From the NCBI RefSeq assembly GCF_009914755.1, contig NC_060933.1: a stretch of DNA of 64,000 nt, one strand, 5' to 3'. The stretch comes from the human T2T-CHM13v2.0 reference genome, Homo sapiens. Shown here piece by piece: positions 32,941-45,770 of the stretch. Every line of letters begins with the position of its first letter. Position 1 is the stretch's first letter. Below the pieces are notes generated by a model, which was given only the letters and a program-made list of their open reading frames with translations, was not told the origin of the DNA and made no database searches. The position numbers and the translations under genes are program-made.

Positions 32941-33999
32941 GTTGACTGAAGAAATGTGGGTGTCAGTGAAGGCATATATTGTTTATTAGTTTTGGTCGAA
33001 CCAGAAACAGAAAATCCGTATGAAACCTAAACTTTTTACTGTTATCTTTTTTATTTACTTTGTAACAAATTTCTTAGGTTATAAAATTAAATTATGCCCT
33101 CTCCCTCTTCAGATACCCCCTTCTCCCTCTCCTTCCATGTTCAGTTGTAGTTATAACCTACTCTGTTAGATCACTCACTCACATCTAAGAATAAAATCAT
33201 CTCAATATGATTGTTTTTCATACAGGCATTTTGCCTTCTAAATTTCTCTCTCTCACTCTTTCCTTATCTATCTAGACCACTGTTAATTCCAGTAGTCTAG
33301 AAGTGTTTGGAAGTTGGAGGAGGTATTTTGTTGTAGGTGGCAGTAGTGGGGAAGACCATGATGACCATGGCATAGGAAGAACTTCTTCTTCTACCTTTAC
33401 ATGAAATGGCACTTTTTTCCTGCCACACTTCTCTGTAGAGTGCTGATGTTTCCCTAGAAAAAGATTCCCTTTTTTGCCCAATGAATTCTAGATAATCAGG
33501 TAAGTGAACTCAGTTGCAAGATTCAATGAACTATTTTAATGTTTCGTGGAGTTATTCTACATATTTACCTAAAAAACAGTCTTGAGACTGCGAGATTTTA
33601 TTATTTGTTTTTCCGTATATTTGAAGATCTGGTAAAAGTGATAAAACTAACTTTACAGCAGGTATGTTTTTTAACTTAAAAAGATTAGTGACTTTAAGTC
33701 AGATTGAGACCGGGTGGGGGTGGCTCTTCTCAGAGGAGCAAAGCAGGATTTCCTGCCCTCTCCCAACAGGGGAGGACCCTGCTTCTTACTCACACAGAGT
33801 CTGGGGCTTAGCAGGTCAGCTCTCATTTTCCTCTCAACCTCAAACTTAGGCAGGCCCTGCTTGTCTTTACTGCGGGGACAATCTTTTTCAAGCTTCCTCT
33901 CCTGCCCCTAATCCTTTTCACAAATATTCAATGGAAATTAGTAAAAAGATTCTGTGGATGGGTAAGAATCCCCCCTTGTCTGGGGCCCCCAGTCATTCT

Positions 34000-35030
34000 A
34001 AACTGTTGTGCCAACCCAAACTCATCATTTAACATGTTATTAAAGCCTCAGATGTTTTATTCTTGCCAACTTCTGTGGTGGCTACCTCCTACCTCCACTT
34101 CTTTGCTGAAGATGAAACAGCTGTGGGATTCATTTCTTCTCAGAGGGTGTTGCCATCTTTTTGGATTTTAGTGCAGTAGGTTACCTTGCAGCCTCAATTC
34201 TCTGTGGAGACTAGATGTTTTTTATAGGCTATCAGACTTGCTCTTATTGTTAGGGTAGGAGTGACTTTCTCTGCTGACTTTTTGCATCCTAGGTGCAAGA
34301 CAGAATATACTTTTAGTATCTGGAAGAATTATATGGTTCTTTTCCCAATCTGTTTGGCTATTCCTAAATCACTTGGTTTTCTGCTGACATTTTAAAGATT
34401 TTTAAACATTTCTTTAAACACGTAAGATATAGCTATTTTGTGTTGTGTCTAAGAATACCATTGTCTAGAATCTTTGCTGGTCCGACTTTGCTTATTATTG
34501 TTTTGGATGCTTTCAGTGGTTGTTCTTTGGGTTCTTGTGTGTTTTGGGATTTTTGACTGTGAACTCATGTTCTTTGGAACTTTATCTATGGGAATTTTCT
34601 GAAGCCTAGATTGCATTACATTCTTTTAGAAAGAATTTGTGTTTACTATTCCATGGAGCATAGCCAACTATTTTATATCAAATTATCTGCCTGAGGTTTT
34701 TCAGACTATACTGGTAGCATGAGTGGTAAGTTTTATCTATGAATTCTCAGGTATGGTATTTTTCTTCTCCACCCAGCACCAGGGCCAAGACAATTTGGTT
34801 TCCAAATAATGCTATTTTGCAAGATGGATTTACTTCACATCCCCACCATTATATGTACGATGAAAATCTTAGATGTTCCAGCTTTATTTGGGGCCTTGTG
34901 GAGGAGGGATTTGCCTATTTTACCTAAAGACCTGTGACTTTTTCTGTCTCCTCAGTGCCCTGTATGGCCATCAAAAGAGATATAGTTCTTCACAAAAAAC
35001 TTAAGAAAAAATTACTTTTTTGCTTGGTTT
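34000..35030 (-). mobile_element. Old L1M 5'/ORF1-region remnant
   Basis: T-rich degenerate sequence ('tttttgactgtgaactcatgttctttggaacttt'). Family uncertain. Confidence 0.45.
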
Positions 35031-35109
35031 CCTACCAAGATTCCTTTTACATCTTAATTTGACTTCTGTAGATTCTTTACATTTGTACCTGCTCTGTAAT
35101 CAATTATTA

Positions 35110-35423
35110 TTATTTTTAAAATTTAATTTAATTTTAAGTTCTGGAATACATGTGCAGGACATGCAGGTTTGTTACATAGGTAAACGTGTTTCATGGTGGT
35201 TTGCTGCACCTATCAACCCATCACCTAAGTATTAAGTCCTGCATGCATTAGCTATTTATCCTGATGCTCTCCCTCCCTCCATCCCCCCACCCAGAAAGGC
35301 CCCAGTGTGTGCTTTTCCCCTTCCTATGTCCATGTGTTCTCATTGTTCAGCTCCTACTTATAAGTGAGAACATGCAGTGTTTGGTTTTCTGCTCCTGTGT
35401 TAGTTTGCTGAGGATAATGGCTT
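35110..35423 (-). mobile_element. L1PA8-10-like 3' end
   Basis: 'atacatgtgcaggacatgcaggtttgttacataggtaaacgtg...gtttgctgaggataatggctt'. Confidence 0.92.
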
Positions 35424-35480
35424 AAAAAAATCAAGAAACCTCCTCCTTTAATACACTCAAAAGAACAAAATAGATTTTCC

Positions 35481-36750
35481 TTTTATTTTTAATTGATAAA
35501 TAAAAATTATATGTATTTATTGTGTACAACATGTTGTTTTGAAATATGTATACATTGTGGAATGGATAAATTGAGCTAATTAGTGTATGCATTACTTCAC
35601 ACACTCATCTTTTTTTATTGTTATTAAGAACACTTAAAAACCTACTCTCTTATTGATTTTTTTGTTTGTTTGTTTGAGATGGGGGTCTCACTTCATCACC
35701 CAGGCTGGAGTGTAGTGGTGCAATGATAACTTACTCTAACCTCAAATTCATGAGCTCAAGTGATCTTCCTGCCTCAGCCTCCTGAATAGCTCTGACTACA
35801 GGCATGTGGCACCATGCCTGGCTAATTTTTATTTTTATTTTTTGTAGAGATAAGGTCTTACTATGTTGTCAAGGCTAGTCTTGAATTCCTGAGCTTAAGC
35901 TATCTTCCTGCCTCAGCTACCCAAAGTATTGGGATTATAAGCATGAGCCACCACACCTAGCCTCTTACTGATTTCTGAGAATACAATGCATCGTTATTAA
36001 CTGTAGTTACCATGTTGTATATCTCTTGAACTTATTTTTCCTAACTAGTTGAAAGTTTGTATTCTCTGCACAACATCTGTCCGCTACCACCCTCCACCCC
36101 AGCCCCTGATCATCACTATTAACTCTCTGCTTCTACAAGTCCAACTTTTTAAGATTCCACATTTAAGTGAAGCTTGGTGTTTGTCTTTCTGTGACTGCTT
36201 ATTTCATTTAACATAATGTCCTCCTGGTTCATCCATGTTGTTGCAAATGATAGGATTTCCTTCTTTTTAATCGCTGAATAGCATTCCATTGTGTATATAT
36301 ACCTCATTTTCTTTATCCATTTGTTGTTTGATGAACACTTAGGTTGATTCCATAATGCAGCAATTGTGAATAGTGCTGCAGTAAACATAGTAAAAAATAG
36401 TGCTGCAAGCACTGCAGAGAGTGTGGACATTTCTTTGACAAACTGATTTCATTTCCCTTCGATATATACCCAGTAGTGGGATTGCTAAATCATATGGTAA
36501 TTCTATTTTTAATTTTTTGAGGAACTTCATACTGTTTTCCATAATGGCTGTACCAGTTTAAGTTTCCACCAACAGTGTGCAGGAGTTCCCTTTTCTCCAC
36601 GTCCTTGACAACACTTACGGTCTTTTGTCTTTTTGATGACAGCCATTCTAACATGTCTGAGGTGATATCTCATTGTGATTTAATTTGCATTTCTCTAATG
36701 ATTACTGATGTTGAACCTTTTTTTCCATATGTCTGTTGGCCATTTGTATG
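35481..36750 (-). mobile_element. L1MA 3' fragment with nested Alu
   Basis: L1MA 3' UTR. ORFs 36149-36430(-) and 36339-36542(-) are the ORF2 C-terminus ([16 protein letters not shown]). Confidence 0.9.
35660..35962 (-). mobile_element. AluJ, full length
   Basis: AluJ motifs ('gagctcaagtgatcttcc'). TSD tcttattgattt / tcttactgattt. Confidence 0.93.
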
Positions 36751-39216
36751 TATTATGATGCAATTTCTGAAAACTTCACAAGCATGCAAAATCCTATAAT
36801 ATGGTGTCTTTAAAGAGGTTCATGAAAGGGTGCAAAGGGCCCTGAAAAGCACTCTTGAATATAGGTTTCTGATAGCTTTAGAATCACATCATTTGGACTA
36901 GATAAGAATTCCTAGAACTTCAATAAAAAGACTGGTTTGTAAAACTGCTAACTCAAACAGAACAAAAATTAATTGAATACCAAGAAAATACTTTGCCAGA
37001 TTTTCATGCTAAATCAGCCAATACTGAAATTGTTTAGGTACACAATTTGAATGAACTCCATGGTCTAAGTGAAATTACCTATGGTAACCCATCAGTTGTC
37101 AGTGCTATGCACCTAAAGTGGAGAAACAACTTCAAGAGGACATAAGTCCAATGTTAAGCATGGAGAACCAGGATGGCCACTGTGTCCTTCCTGAGTCCTT
37201 AAGGCTTTTGGCTTTTTTTTTTAAATTACAAGTTCTGCATCATGACTCATCATGAAAAAGATAAAATGATCCAAATTAAATATTATATTGGTATGGTGAC
37301 TTCTAAATTGCTAAAATAGTTTATGACCGACATGTGGTTTTGTCAAACCCATATTCCTGAAAAGACAATCAAAACTTCAGGTACATTTCACTACCCGATG
37401 GACCTTTTAAATATTTATAGACAGATTTCATCCAATTGTCATTTTCAATGCATGTTTTCTGGTTGTATGAAAGCTTTCCCATGCAAGAGGGCTGATGTTA
37501 TAACAGTAGTTCATTATGCCACAGTGTATTTTCACCAGCTAAAGAAAGCTTTTCATGGTTCACTGACTGACTGAGGACAATCAATCCCTTTACAATCCAG
37601 AACCCAAAGATTAGATCTGAGAACATCAGAGAAAGAATGCTCTTGTCATCCACACTGCAGCAAAACTTCAGGACCTTGAATCTTGGGTTCATAATCTCTC
37701 AACTCAGAAGGATCCCTCCACACTCTTGGAATGTATACCCATTGGAAACCTTAAGGTAAAGCTAACCAGGGAAATTTCTTCCCAGAAGAAGATAGCATCC
37801 TTAATGGAAATAGCTTTTCCCCCCCAAATCACAGGTCAAGCTTTCTCTGCTATCATGAGACTCTTTCACTTTTTTCCCCTTACTTATGCCTCTATAAACA
37901 ATAGAAGTGTACAGGGAGTCTGTTGTGTGTACTCATGGGGTATAATTTTACTTGTGAAGGATTTTGTAGCCAAACTTATACATTTGATAAACTTATGCCT
38001 TGATAGATGAAAGACGAAGGCTCAATGTAGGTGAGAAATTTTAATGGTACCTACATTGCCTCATAATCAGTCAGAAATAGAACATTGGTTCATTCCTCTT
38101 AACCCACATCATAGGTTAAAGAGAACATTGACAGGAGGTCTTTACTCTTCTGGAAGGGCATCAACTGTTAGGTTCTTTTGCCATGGTTTGGAGTAAATGA
38201 GGCAATGATTAGAAATTTATCCCTCATGATAGGCTCTATAGCAGATTCTACTATAAAGGCTATGGTTACACAACAGACTTTAAATTCTCTTGTGAAAGTT
38301 ATGCTAAATAATAGAATTGCTCTAGATTACTTACTGACTAAACAGAGAAGTATCTGTGCAGCTGCTGGCACTTGTTGCCCATGGAGGAATACATCACATC
38401 AGACATTACAGAGATTCAGTTGTAGGAGATTAATGAAGAGACTGCTTAGTTAAAGTGAGTAGACTATCTAGCTCATTTTTTAATGTATTTGATTTTAGGT
38501 GGTTTGGTTTATGGAGCCCTGGCTAAGGAGCATACTCCAAACTTTTGGTATTATCCTCCTGATAGTCATAATAGTAGTCTCCCTGGTGCACTGTATTCTC
38601 TCAAAAGTTTTAAATGTTTGCATGCAGCCGTCTGTAGAATGTCAAGTGGTCTCTCTTCAACTGGAATGACAAGACCTGAAAGAAATGTGTGACCATGAGG
38701 GCACCATAATCTGTAAATGACGTGCTAAGACCAGAAACCCAAAATGATGGTAACTGAGAGAGGTGCTAAGGCCCTAAATTTTGGTCATACTCTCACCTAA
38801 GTGAGAACCTGACCAAAAGGGGGGAATTATTAAACAAAATTATGAGAGGCCATTGTTTTGGACTAAGCTCATGCAGTAGGCCCTAACAGACCAGACCAAA
38901 CCAAAATGGAGTCACTTGTGCTAAATATGACTAATCAAACTAAGAGTTTAAAGAAACACATAGATTCTAGAACAGACCGGGTTTTGTTTTTTCCTCCTGT
39001 AAACAGGACATTCTAGCATATAAGGAGGTACCTCTACTCTAACCCTCACAAAAAAGGTAACCTAAATTCCTTGTTCCCACCTTACAAAACCCATGTCTGC
39101 TATTTCCCAGTGAGTTTAAACACCAAAGAAGTATATTTATGATGGTGATTGTGACATCAATGACTAAAGTTTTGGCCAATCTCTCAAAATTGAGAAGATG
39201 ACCAAAAGGGGGGAAT
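36750..39216 (+). mobile_element. ERV1 internal region, 3' part (MER57-int-like)
   Basis: Contains an env TM relic and ends in the PPT aaaaggggggaat directly before the LTR. Confidence 0.85.
38178..38620 (+). pseudogene. env: Decayed retroviral env TM subunit (heptad, immunosuppressive domain, Cys motif, membrane anchor)
   Basis: ORF 38178-38453 contains LNSLVKVMLNNRIALDYLLTKQRSICAAAGTCC, like the gamma-type LQNRxxLDxL...CX6CC. Frameshifted downstream. Confidence 0.85.
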
Positions 39217-39598
39217 TGTTAGACCAAGTTTAGCCTAAATCTGCCTCCTTACATATTTTAAATTTGGCCTAAAGGTTTCTCTGTACTTTGCAAACTATAG
39301 CCTAAATGGAGTTATATACAAACTGTAGTCTACTCTTGTGTCAATCACTGAGTTTTGGCTGATCAAAGGTGGCCAACTGTTCAAACCGTGTTCAAATAAG
39401 GAAAAGCCGAGCTATAACCAATCCAGCTGTTTCTGTACATCATTTCTGTTTTCTGTATGTCACTTTCCTTTTCCATCCATAAATCTTCTTCCACCACATG
39501 GCTGCACTGGAGTCCCTGAGCTTGGGAGACTGACTGAATTGTACTTTGCTCAATTAAACTCTTTTAAATTTAATTTGGCTAATGTTTTTCTTTTAGCA
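39217..39598 (+). mobile_element. MER57 LTR (3' LTR)
   Basis: 'tgttagaccaagtttagcctaaatctgcctccttacatatttt...ctcaattaaactc...ttttagca'. TG...CA ends, follows a PPT. Confidence 0.9.
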
Positions 39599-40961
39599 CT
39601 ACATTCAGGAAATGTAGAATAATTTTAAAAAGTAAAATAGTCTTGATATATGTATTTCCCTAAATTCCAGTCTCATAATTATATGGATCTGGGATGGTTT
39701 ATTTTTGAGATAAGAGTATTTTTGATATTCTTGCTCCCTCTTCTTTGAACAACCCATGATTTTTTCCATACATCTGATTTAGCACTTGGGTTCTACCAGA
39801 GAATTAAACCCTACAGAAAATGATTTTAGTGACTACTTTCTCAACTTTCCCAAGGACAGTACAAGCTAGTACCATTTTAGATATATAAGGGAAGTTAATT
39901 TATTCTGTACAATGAGTACCTTAGGCTGGAATTATAGTTAATTCTCTTATGGAGCCTCACATGAAAACAGCTGCTAAGCACTATGCTACGTGTCATTCTT
40001 GAGGGGTCTCTTCAGCTGACTCCAGTCATAAAGGAAGCAGGAAGCCCAGCTTTTTAGAGAGATTACACAGAAGATGAGAGAAGGTCTTCTACTGTAATTC
40101 ATTGCGGTATTCCCATGTCTTCCACATCCCGTTCCTAAATGGTAAGGTGATTAAAAACATGCAACAGTTTGGTAAAGAAAACATGATTTATGAGATAGGC
40201 CATAGTTTTAGAAATGTCATTTGTTTTCATGGTTCAAGGAGAGTTTTCTTGATTAACAAAAAATATTTGAGTCTAATTTAAAAATGTGAGTTTTAATTCC
40301 TACTCTCACCTTTTTCTCTGTCTTCACTCCATGTAGGATGAAAACCTGACACCAAACAGAGGCTAGTGAGTCACTTTGGTTCTATTTATACCTAAATGAT
40401 TATTAAATTGATTTTAAATCTCTCAAGTTCATGTACTCTTGGATAACAGCTGTGGTGTAAGAGTAGAGAATTAACTTTGAGTTAAATTATAAATATCAAA
40501 CAGTATGTCCACTTCCAGTAGGATGCAACAGAACAAATCACTGGTAAATGTGAATTCTTCAAATTATTTCAGTATGCCCTAAGCCATTTACTAAACTTTA
40601 TTATACCTGTTACCCCAAAGAGCCATTTTTTTCCTAAAATATAGATCAGATTCTCTTTCACTCCCATATTTAAAAACACTTAAAAACTCTCTGTTGCATG
40701 ATGAATAAAATAAGAGGCTCTTATTGAGGAATTCAAGGCCTTTCAAAATCTAGTTTCAATTAGCTTCTCTTGCCTTCTCCATCCCACAAAGCTCTTGGTT
40801 TGGATATGATGCATACCCTTTGTCCTAATATGTCATGCCTTTGCTCATGCTTCTCTTTCAACTGGAGTGCCCTTTTCTGCTTCTCCATAAGCTAAACTTT
40901 TATTAATCCCTCAAATGTCAACTCAATATCATCTTAGCTTTTCTTTAAGAAGAGAATAATA

Positions 40962-41137
40962 GAGTGGTTCTCAAATATGGTTGAACATGGGATCACTAGG
41001 TAACTTAAAAAAGAGAAATACCAATTCTGAGTCCTACACCCAGAGATTCTGATTTATTTGGTCTGAAGTAGGGCCTGGGTATCAATACATTTTTTAAGGT
41101 TCCCAGGCAAATCAAACATGCAGTCAAGTAGAACCCT
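40962..41137. mobile_element. MER5A/B hAT-Charlie
   Basis: 'gtggttctcaaa...cccagagattctgatttatttggtctgaagtagggcctggg...agaacc'. Confidence 0.8.
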
Positions 41138-41139
41138 TA

Positions 41140-41355
41140 GAAGTATGGTTAAGAGCCCAGAATAGTCAGACTGTAGGTAAATCTTGATTTTACTACTGTG
41201 TATTTTGTTGCTTAACTTCTCTACATCTCATTTTTCTCATCTATAAAATTGAGAAAATAATCTACTTAATTCTTAGGGTTGCTGTAAACATTAGCTTAGA
41301 TAATACAGGTCAAGAACTTAGCCTAAAACCTGACATAATAAATGTTAGCCATTAT
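41140..41355 (+). mobile_element. MIR
   Basis: 'ggttaagagc...cttaacttctctacatctcatttttctcatctataaaatt'. Confidence 0.7.
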
Positions 41356-44099
41356 CAATAGAAAAAATAGTTGTTACTCCTGGGTTCTGGCCTTTATAAT
41401 TCCCTTTTAAACTCAAAAATTAACTCAGTTATAATCTTTACCACAATGTGTTTGTGTTTCTCCATCCCTAGCTTGTATCATACTTGAGAGCAGCAGCCTG
41501 GCCCTACTAGTTCCTGCCCTCGGCTTCCTATTCGATCAGAATTATTTCCTTTTGACCTTTTCTCTTTAATAAAACATATTTGAAGACATCATTCTCTCTT
41601 TGGAGGAAAACTGCAATAAGATCTTAACTAATCTCCCTACCTGGGCTCTTCCCTGTTAACTGTATCATACATGAGTTTTTCACCTTCTCTGTGCTATTAA
41701 AGGCATTGTGAAAACTGTTCTTATGGAACTCACAGTTCTTTATTTCCAAGTTTGACTTGATTTTCAACTATGAGCTCTTTGAGGGGCAAAGTCTGTATCT
41801 TATGTCACTTGCACAACTGGCTTTTAGCAGTTTCTAGGAACATAGTGCGCTCAACTTGCAGGAAGGGAAAAAAAGGAAAGAAGGATGAAAGAAAGAAATT
41901 TGGAGAGGATTAGATAGTATTTCTGAGCCTAATTAAAAATATAATTGAAAGAAGTCTCTAAAAAATTATATTTTAAGAAATGACATAGAACAGAGGGAAG
42001 ATGTGAATATGAAGAAAATCTAAGGCAACATAAATTCATAAATCATTGCGAAGCGGTCACAGACTGTACTGGAAGTGTTTTAAAGATTCAACATTGATAC
42101 TTTAATCATTTCTCAAGCTCTTCAATAGAGTTTTCTAATTATCTGCCTATGCCTTCTTCTTCCCTACCCCTTCCACGTTGCTATCAATCTAAGCTACTTT
42201 TATGACATGTCTTAAGATTGGAACACCATAATTAGGTGAATTTCTTACATGCAGACTATTGGATCATAATGTCCCTTGCAAAAGAGAAAGCTGTAAAAGT
42301 AAATAAAGATGTTAAATTCCCTTTGTCAGAGTGCTGATGAAGAATGCTTCAAGAAATAGAATAATAATGCTGAAGATCATTAAAATAAATCTAAATTTAA
42401 CCTGTATATTCTTTATGATTATGATTAAATGGAAAATTAAAATCAGCTTAGTAGCTGTGCTGTTGAAATATTTTGTGGTATGTTATCAGCATACTTCAAA
42501 TTTTAGTACCAAACTCATTAGAAGATATTTCAAATATCTACATTTTGCCTAACCAGAAGACCATTAAAATGCACATTGTCTTTTTCCTGTGGGAATTATA
42601 TGCCACATCTTATTTACTAGCCTTGGAGCATGTTTCAAAGTACTTAGTATTGCTATTTATGATCCAAAGTAGACAAAATGAACTACAGTGTCTATTAAGT
42701 TGTAAAATGTAGTCAATGTTATGTTTTTGTTTTTTCTTCTTTTGTTTTCTTTAAAAATAGCGTTTATCTTGTTTCTATTTACAGAGTGATTCAGGCTCAT
42801 TATTTAACATTTTGAAGCAAATAAGAGTAAAACAAAGTAAAAAAACTCATAATATCATGGCATTTTATTATTTTATGTTTTGTTTAAGCTTTTATTTCCT
42901 ATGTGGAAATACATTAATTTAAAGAAACATCCTCCAGATATTGTTACATCCCTGCAATTTCAAATATTCAAAATATTTTTGCAGCTTAATTTTTATGTTC
43001 ATTGGTAGTTTCAATGGGATCAGGGAAAAGGGGTAAGACATTTATTATTCTAGCACATCTTATCATGAATTTTCTGCAACAGTTTTTGAATGAGTTAAGA
43101 ATGAATTGAGAATGAGAAGGAACCAGAATCTAGTTGCTAAGTGAAAGCTAGGAATCTATGCCAGGGGGTTAAGTTTGCTAATCTCATCTCAGAAACAGCA
43201 GCATCAGAGCAGGAAGGAGAGAGAGACACAAAAGTGAAGCCCATAGGAAAAAAGAGGCAAACCTAGAGAAATAGATCCCAGAAAGATGACTGAGTCTGAG
43301 GCGGGGTTTACACCTTTTATCTTGTTGTATTTGACATTAACTGTAAAAGAGAACACAGGAGACAAAGGGTCACTCTTCTTTTTCACTGTAAAGATTAAGG
43401 TGCATGCATACAAACACAGCTTATCTATACAGTGTCTTTATTTCAGAAGGCAAATTTTCATTTTTCTGACTCTGAAGGAAATCAGAGGATTTGGGCACTC
43501 AAGAGTGATACATACTTCAAATCAGCATCATGTACAGGATCATGTACAGGTGTGTGCACCACTGGGGGTGCTGATATCAATACCCTTGTAACTCTTAGGC
43601 AAACAATGGCCTATTTTATGCTTTGTATAAATCTCTCGTCTAGCAGACTAGAAACCCCATAAGAAAGTCCCATTTTACATCCAAGGAAGAGGCAGTTCAT
43701 ATAATTTAAATCATTTGTTCAAACCTACATAATGAAGGAGCTCAGACTTAAATTCAGATCTATTGACTGAAGGATGGTGTATGATATTAAAAAATCTTTG
43801 AAATCATCAAGGTGAATTCCAGAATATTAAAATCATGGGAACTCTGTAAGCTTTAAGGGTATGAACTAAATACCCTTAATGGGAAGAACAACTTCACATC
43901 AGATATGTGGAACTCATTTCCTCAAGATTTTGTGCCATGTGAGAAGATAAATCTGATCAAGAAAGATTCTCAGAAATTTGCCATAGGGAAATTATGGGTG
44001 TGAGTGTTTTAATAGATTTTCAAATTCTGTGGCTTTGTACTCTCACCATAAACAAACAAAAAACAACAAAAACCAGGCTTTGTCTTTTCATAACACAAA

Positions 44100-44330
44100 G
44101 TGAGGCAGCAAGGTAGTCCAGAAAAAATGTGCACTTTGGAGACAAATGTATTAAGGTCCAACATTTCAGCAGCACCACTAATTAGGTATAGGAATTGGGC
44201 TCACTATTTAATCTTTCTGAATCTATTTGAATTTTGACATCTGTACAAGGGGGCAATAATTCCTTTCTCATAAACTTGCTATGCTGATTAAATGAGATTA
44301 TGGATTATGAAAAGCTGTCTAGAAATGTTG
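44100..44330 (+). mobile_element. MIR
   Basis: 'ctttggagacaaa...tttaatctttctgaatct...catctgtacaagggggcaataat...gattaaatgaga'. Confidence 0.65.
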
Positions 44331-45084
44331 GCTGTTGCTAGACAACAACGATTTTTTTTAACTATACAGTGAAAAAAACCATTCTTCTAAAAAATGCCAG
44401 ATGTTTTTCTTGGTTGTGTTTCAAAGAGCACTAAATATGTTTGCATCCTCCAGGGTGGTTGCTTTGTAAGCCAGGTGCGAAAAGGAGGCTCTTTCCCAGA
44501 GAGTTTCAACAGTGATATCAGCCAACTCACATAATTCAAGACCATCTCAAGATGCCATGTGGACCTGGTATCCATCTGTTGTTTGAGTAAATAATAATTT
44601 AATTTCTATTTTCAGTTAAACAAAATAGACAAGAGCATCTACCATTGCTTGTTCATTGACAGTTTGTCTGCTCCCTGAATAATTATTGCATCTCAGTTGA
44701 TTGTTTCTATATCTAAATTTGGAGTGTCTCAAAATGAATTTCTTTAACCTTGGGTAAATATTGAAGCAATCAGTAGAAAATGCGGATCCACTTTTACCTG
44801 TATAATCAATTAACCTTGAACAATGTCTGACTGACTTCCCCTTTCCTAAAAATATTCTTCACCCACAGAACAAAATCCAAACCCTTCAAACGTGTACACA
44901 AAGGTCTTTACAAGTTAATCTCTGCTTTTTCTGCCTATCTTCCTTCCATGCTTTCTAGTCACAAAAACCTCGAGTGGCTTCCCAGAGTCCTCCACTGCTT
45001 GCATCTTTGTCTTTCTTTGTCGTCACACCACCTGCCTCAGGTCATTCCTTCATTTTCAGACTTGGATGAACATCACTCCCTAGT

Positions 45085-45453
45085 GTATGATCTGCATTCT
45101 TGAGCAGCTGTCAAGGGGCCAGCTGACCCACCACTGGGAGAACCTTGATCGATGAAAAAGTTGACAGACATTTTCTTTCTTCCTCTTCCTTGTAGACTGC
45201 TTCCACATGTGGTGCTTCCAGAGTTGTACTTAGCAAACGTGCTTGCTGAGTGGCATGCTCTGTCTCTCTGTTTGTGAGGCTATAGCTGTTGTAATGCATT
45301 GTATCACCCTGTATCACATCTTCCACCCCTCCCCCCAACACCCCACTCTATTTTCTGTTACTTTTGTGGTCCTGGGAATATACCTTGCAAATTAAGTGTT
45401 AGTGCCTTAAGACTTACTTCAGGTTCTGCTTTCTAGGGGACCTAGGCTAAAAC
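45085..45453 (+). mobile_element. ERVL-type LTR fragment (family uncertain)
   Basis: 3' end 'caggttctgctttctaggggacctaggctaaaaca'. Confidence 0.5.
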
Positions 45454-45499
45454 ACCATCATTCCTCAACTCACCAATCTTTTGCATTGTTTTTAGATAT

Positions 45500-45770
45500 T
45501 CTACTTGGAATGTGCCTCCACTCTCCATTATTAATAAAGATCCAGTTGAATTGCTGATATCTCTGTGCTCTCATGGTACCTGGCACCTCTACTGTTACTA
45601 AAGCACACGACATGCTATTTTGTATATATGTAGTGGTGGGCAAACCTCGTCTGACAGGCTGTAACCTCCTTGAAGACAGGAAAATTGTCATTTACTCCTA
45701 TATTGTTAGCATTTAGAATGGTGCTTGTCCTGATATAGTGCTCTCTAAAATGGTTTAAGGAATGAATAGG
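45500..45770 (+). mobile_element. L2 3' end
   Basis: 'ctgtaacctccttgaagacagg...tagaatggtgcttgtcctgatatag...gaatgaat'. Confidence 0.6.

Noticed and set aside
40337-40365. Calmodulin/myosin-light-chain-like gene start (ATG-only exon plus short exon 2)
   Set aside because: Exon phase does not fit without assuming indels, and no EF-hand exon was found downstream.
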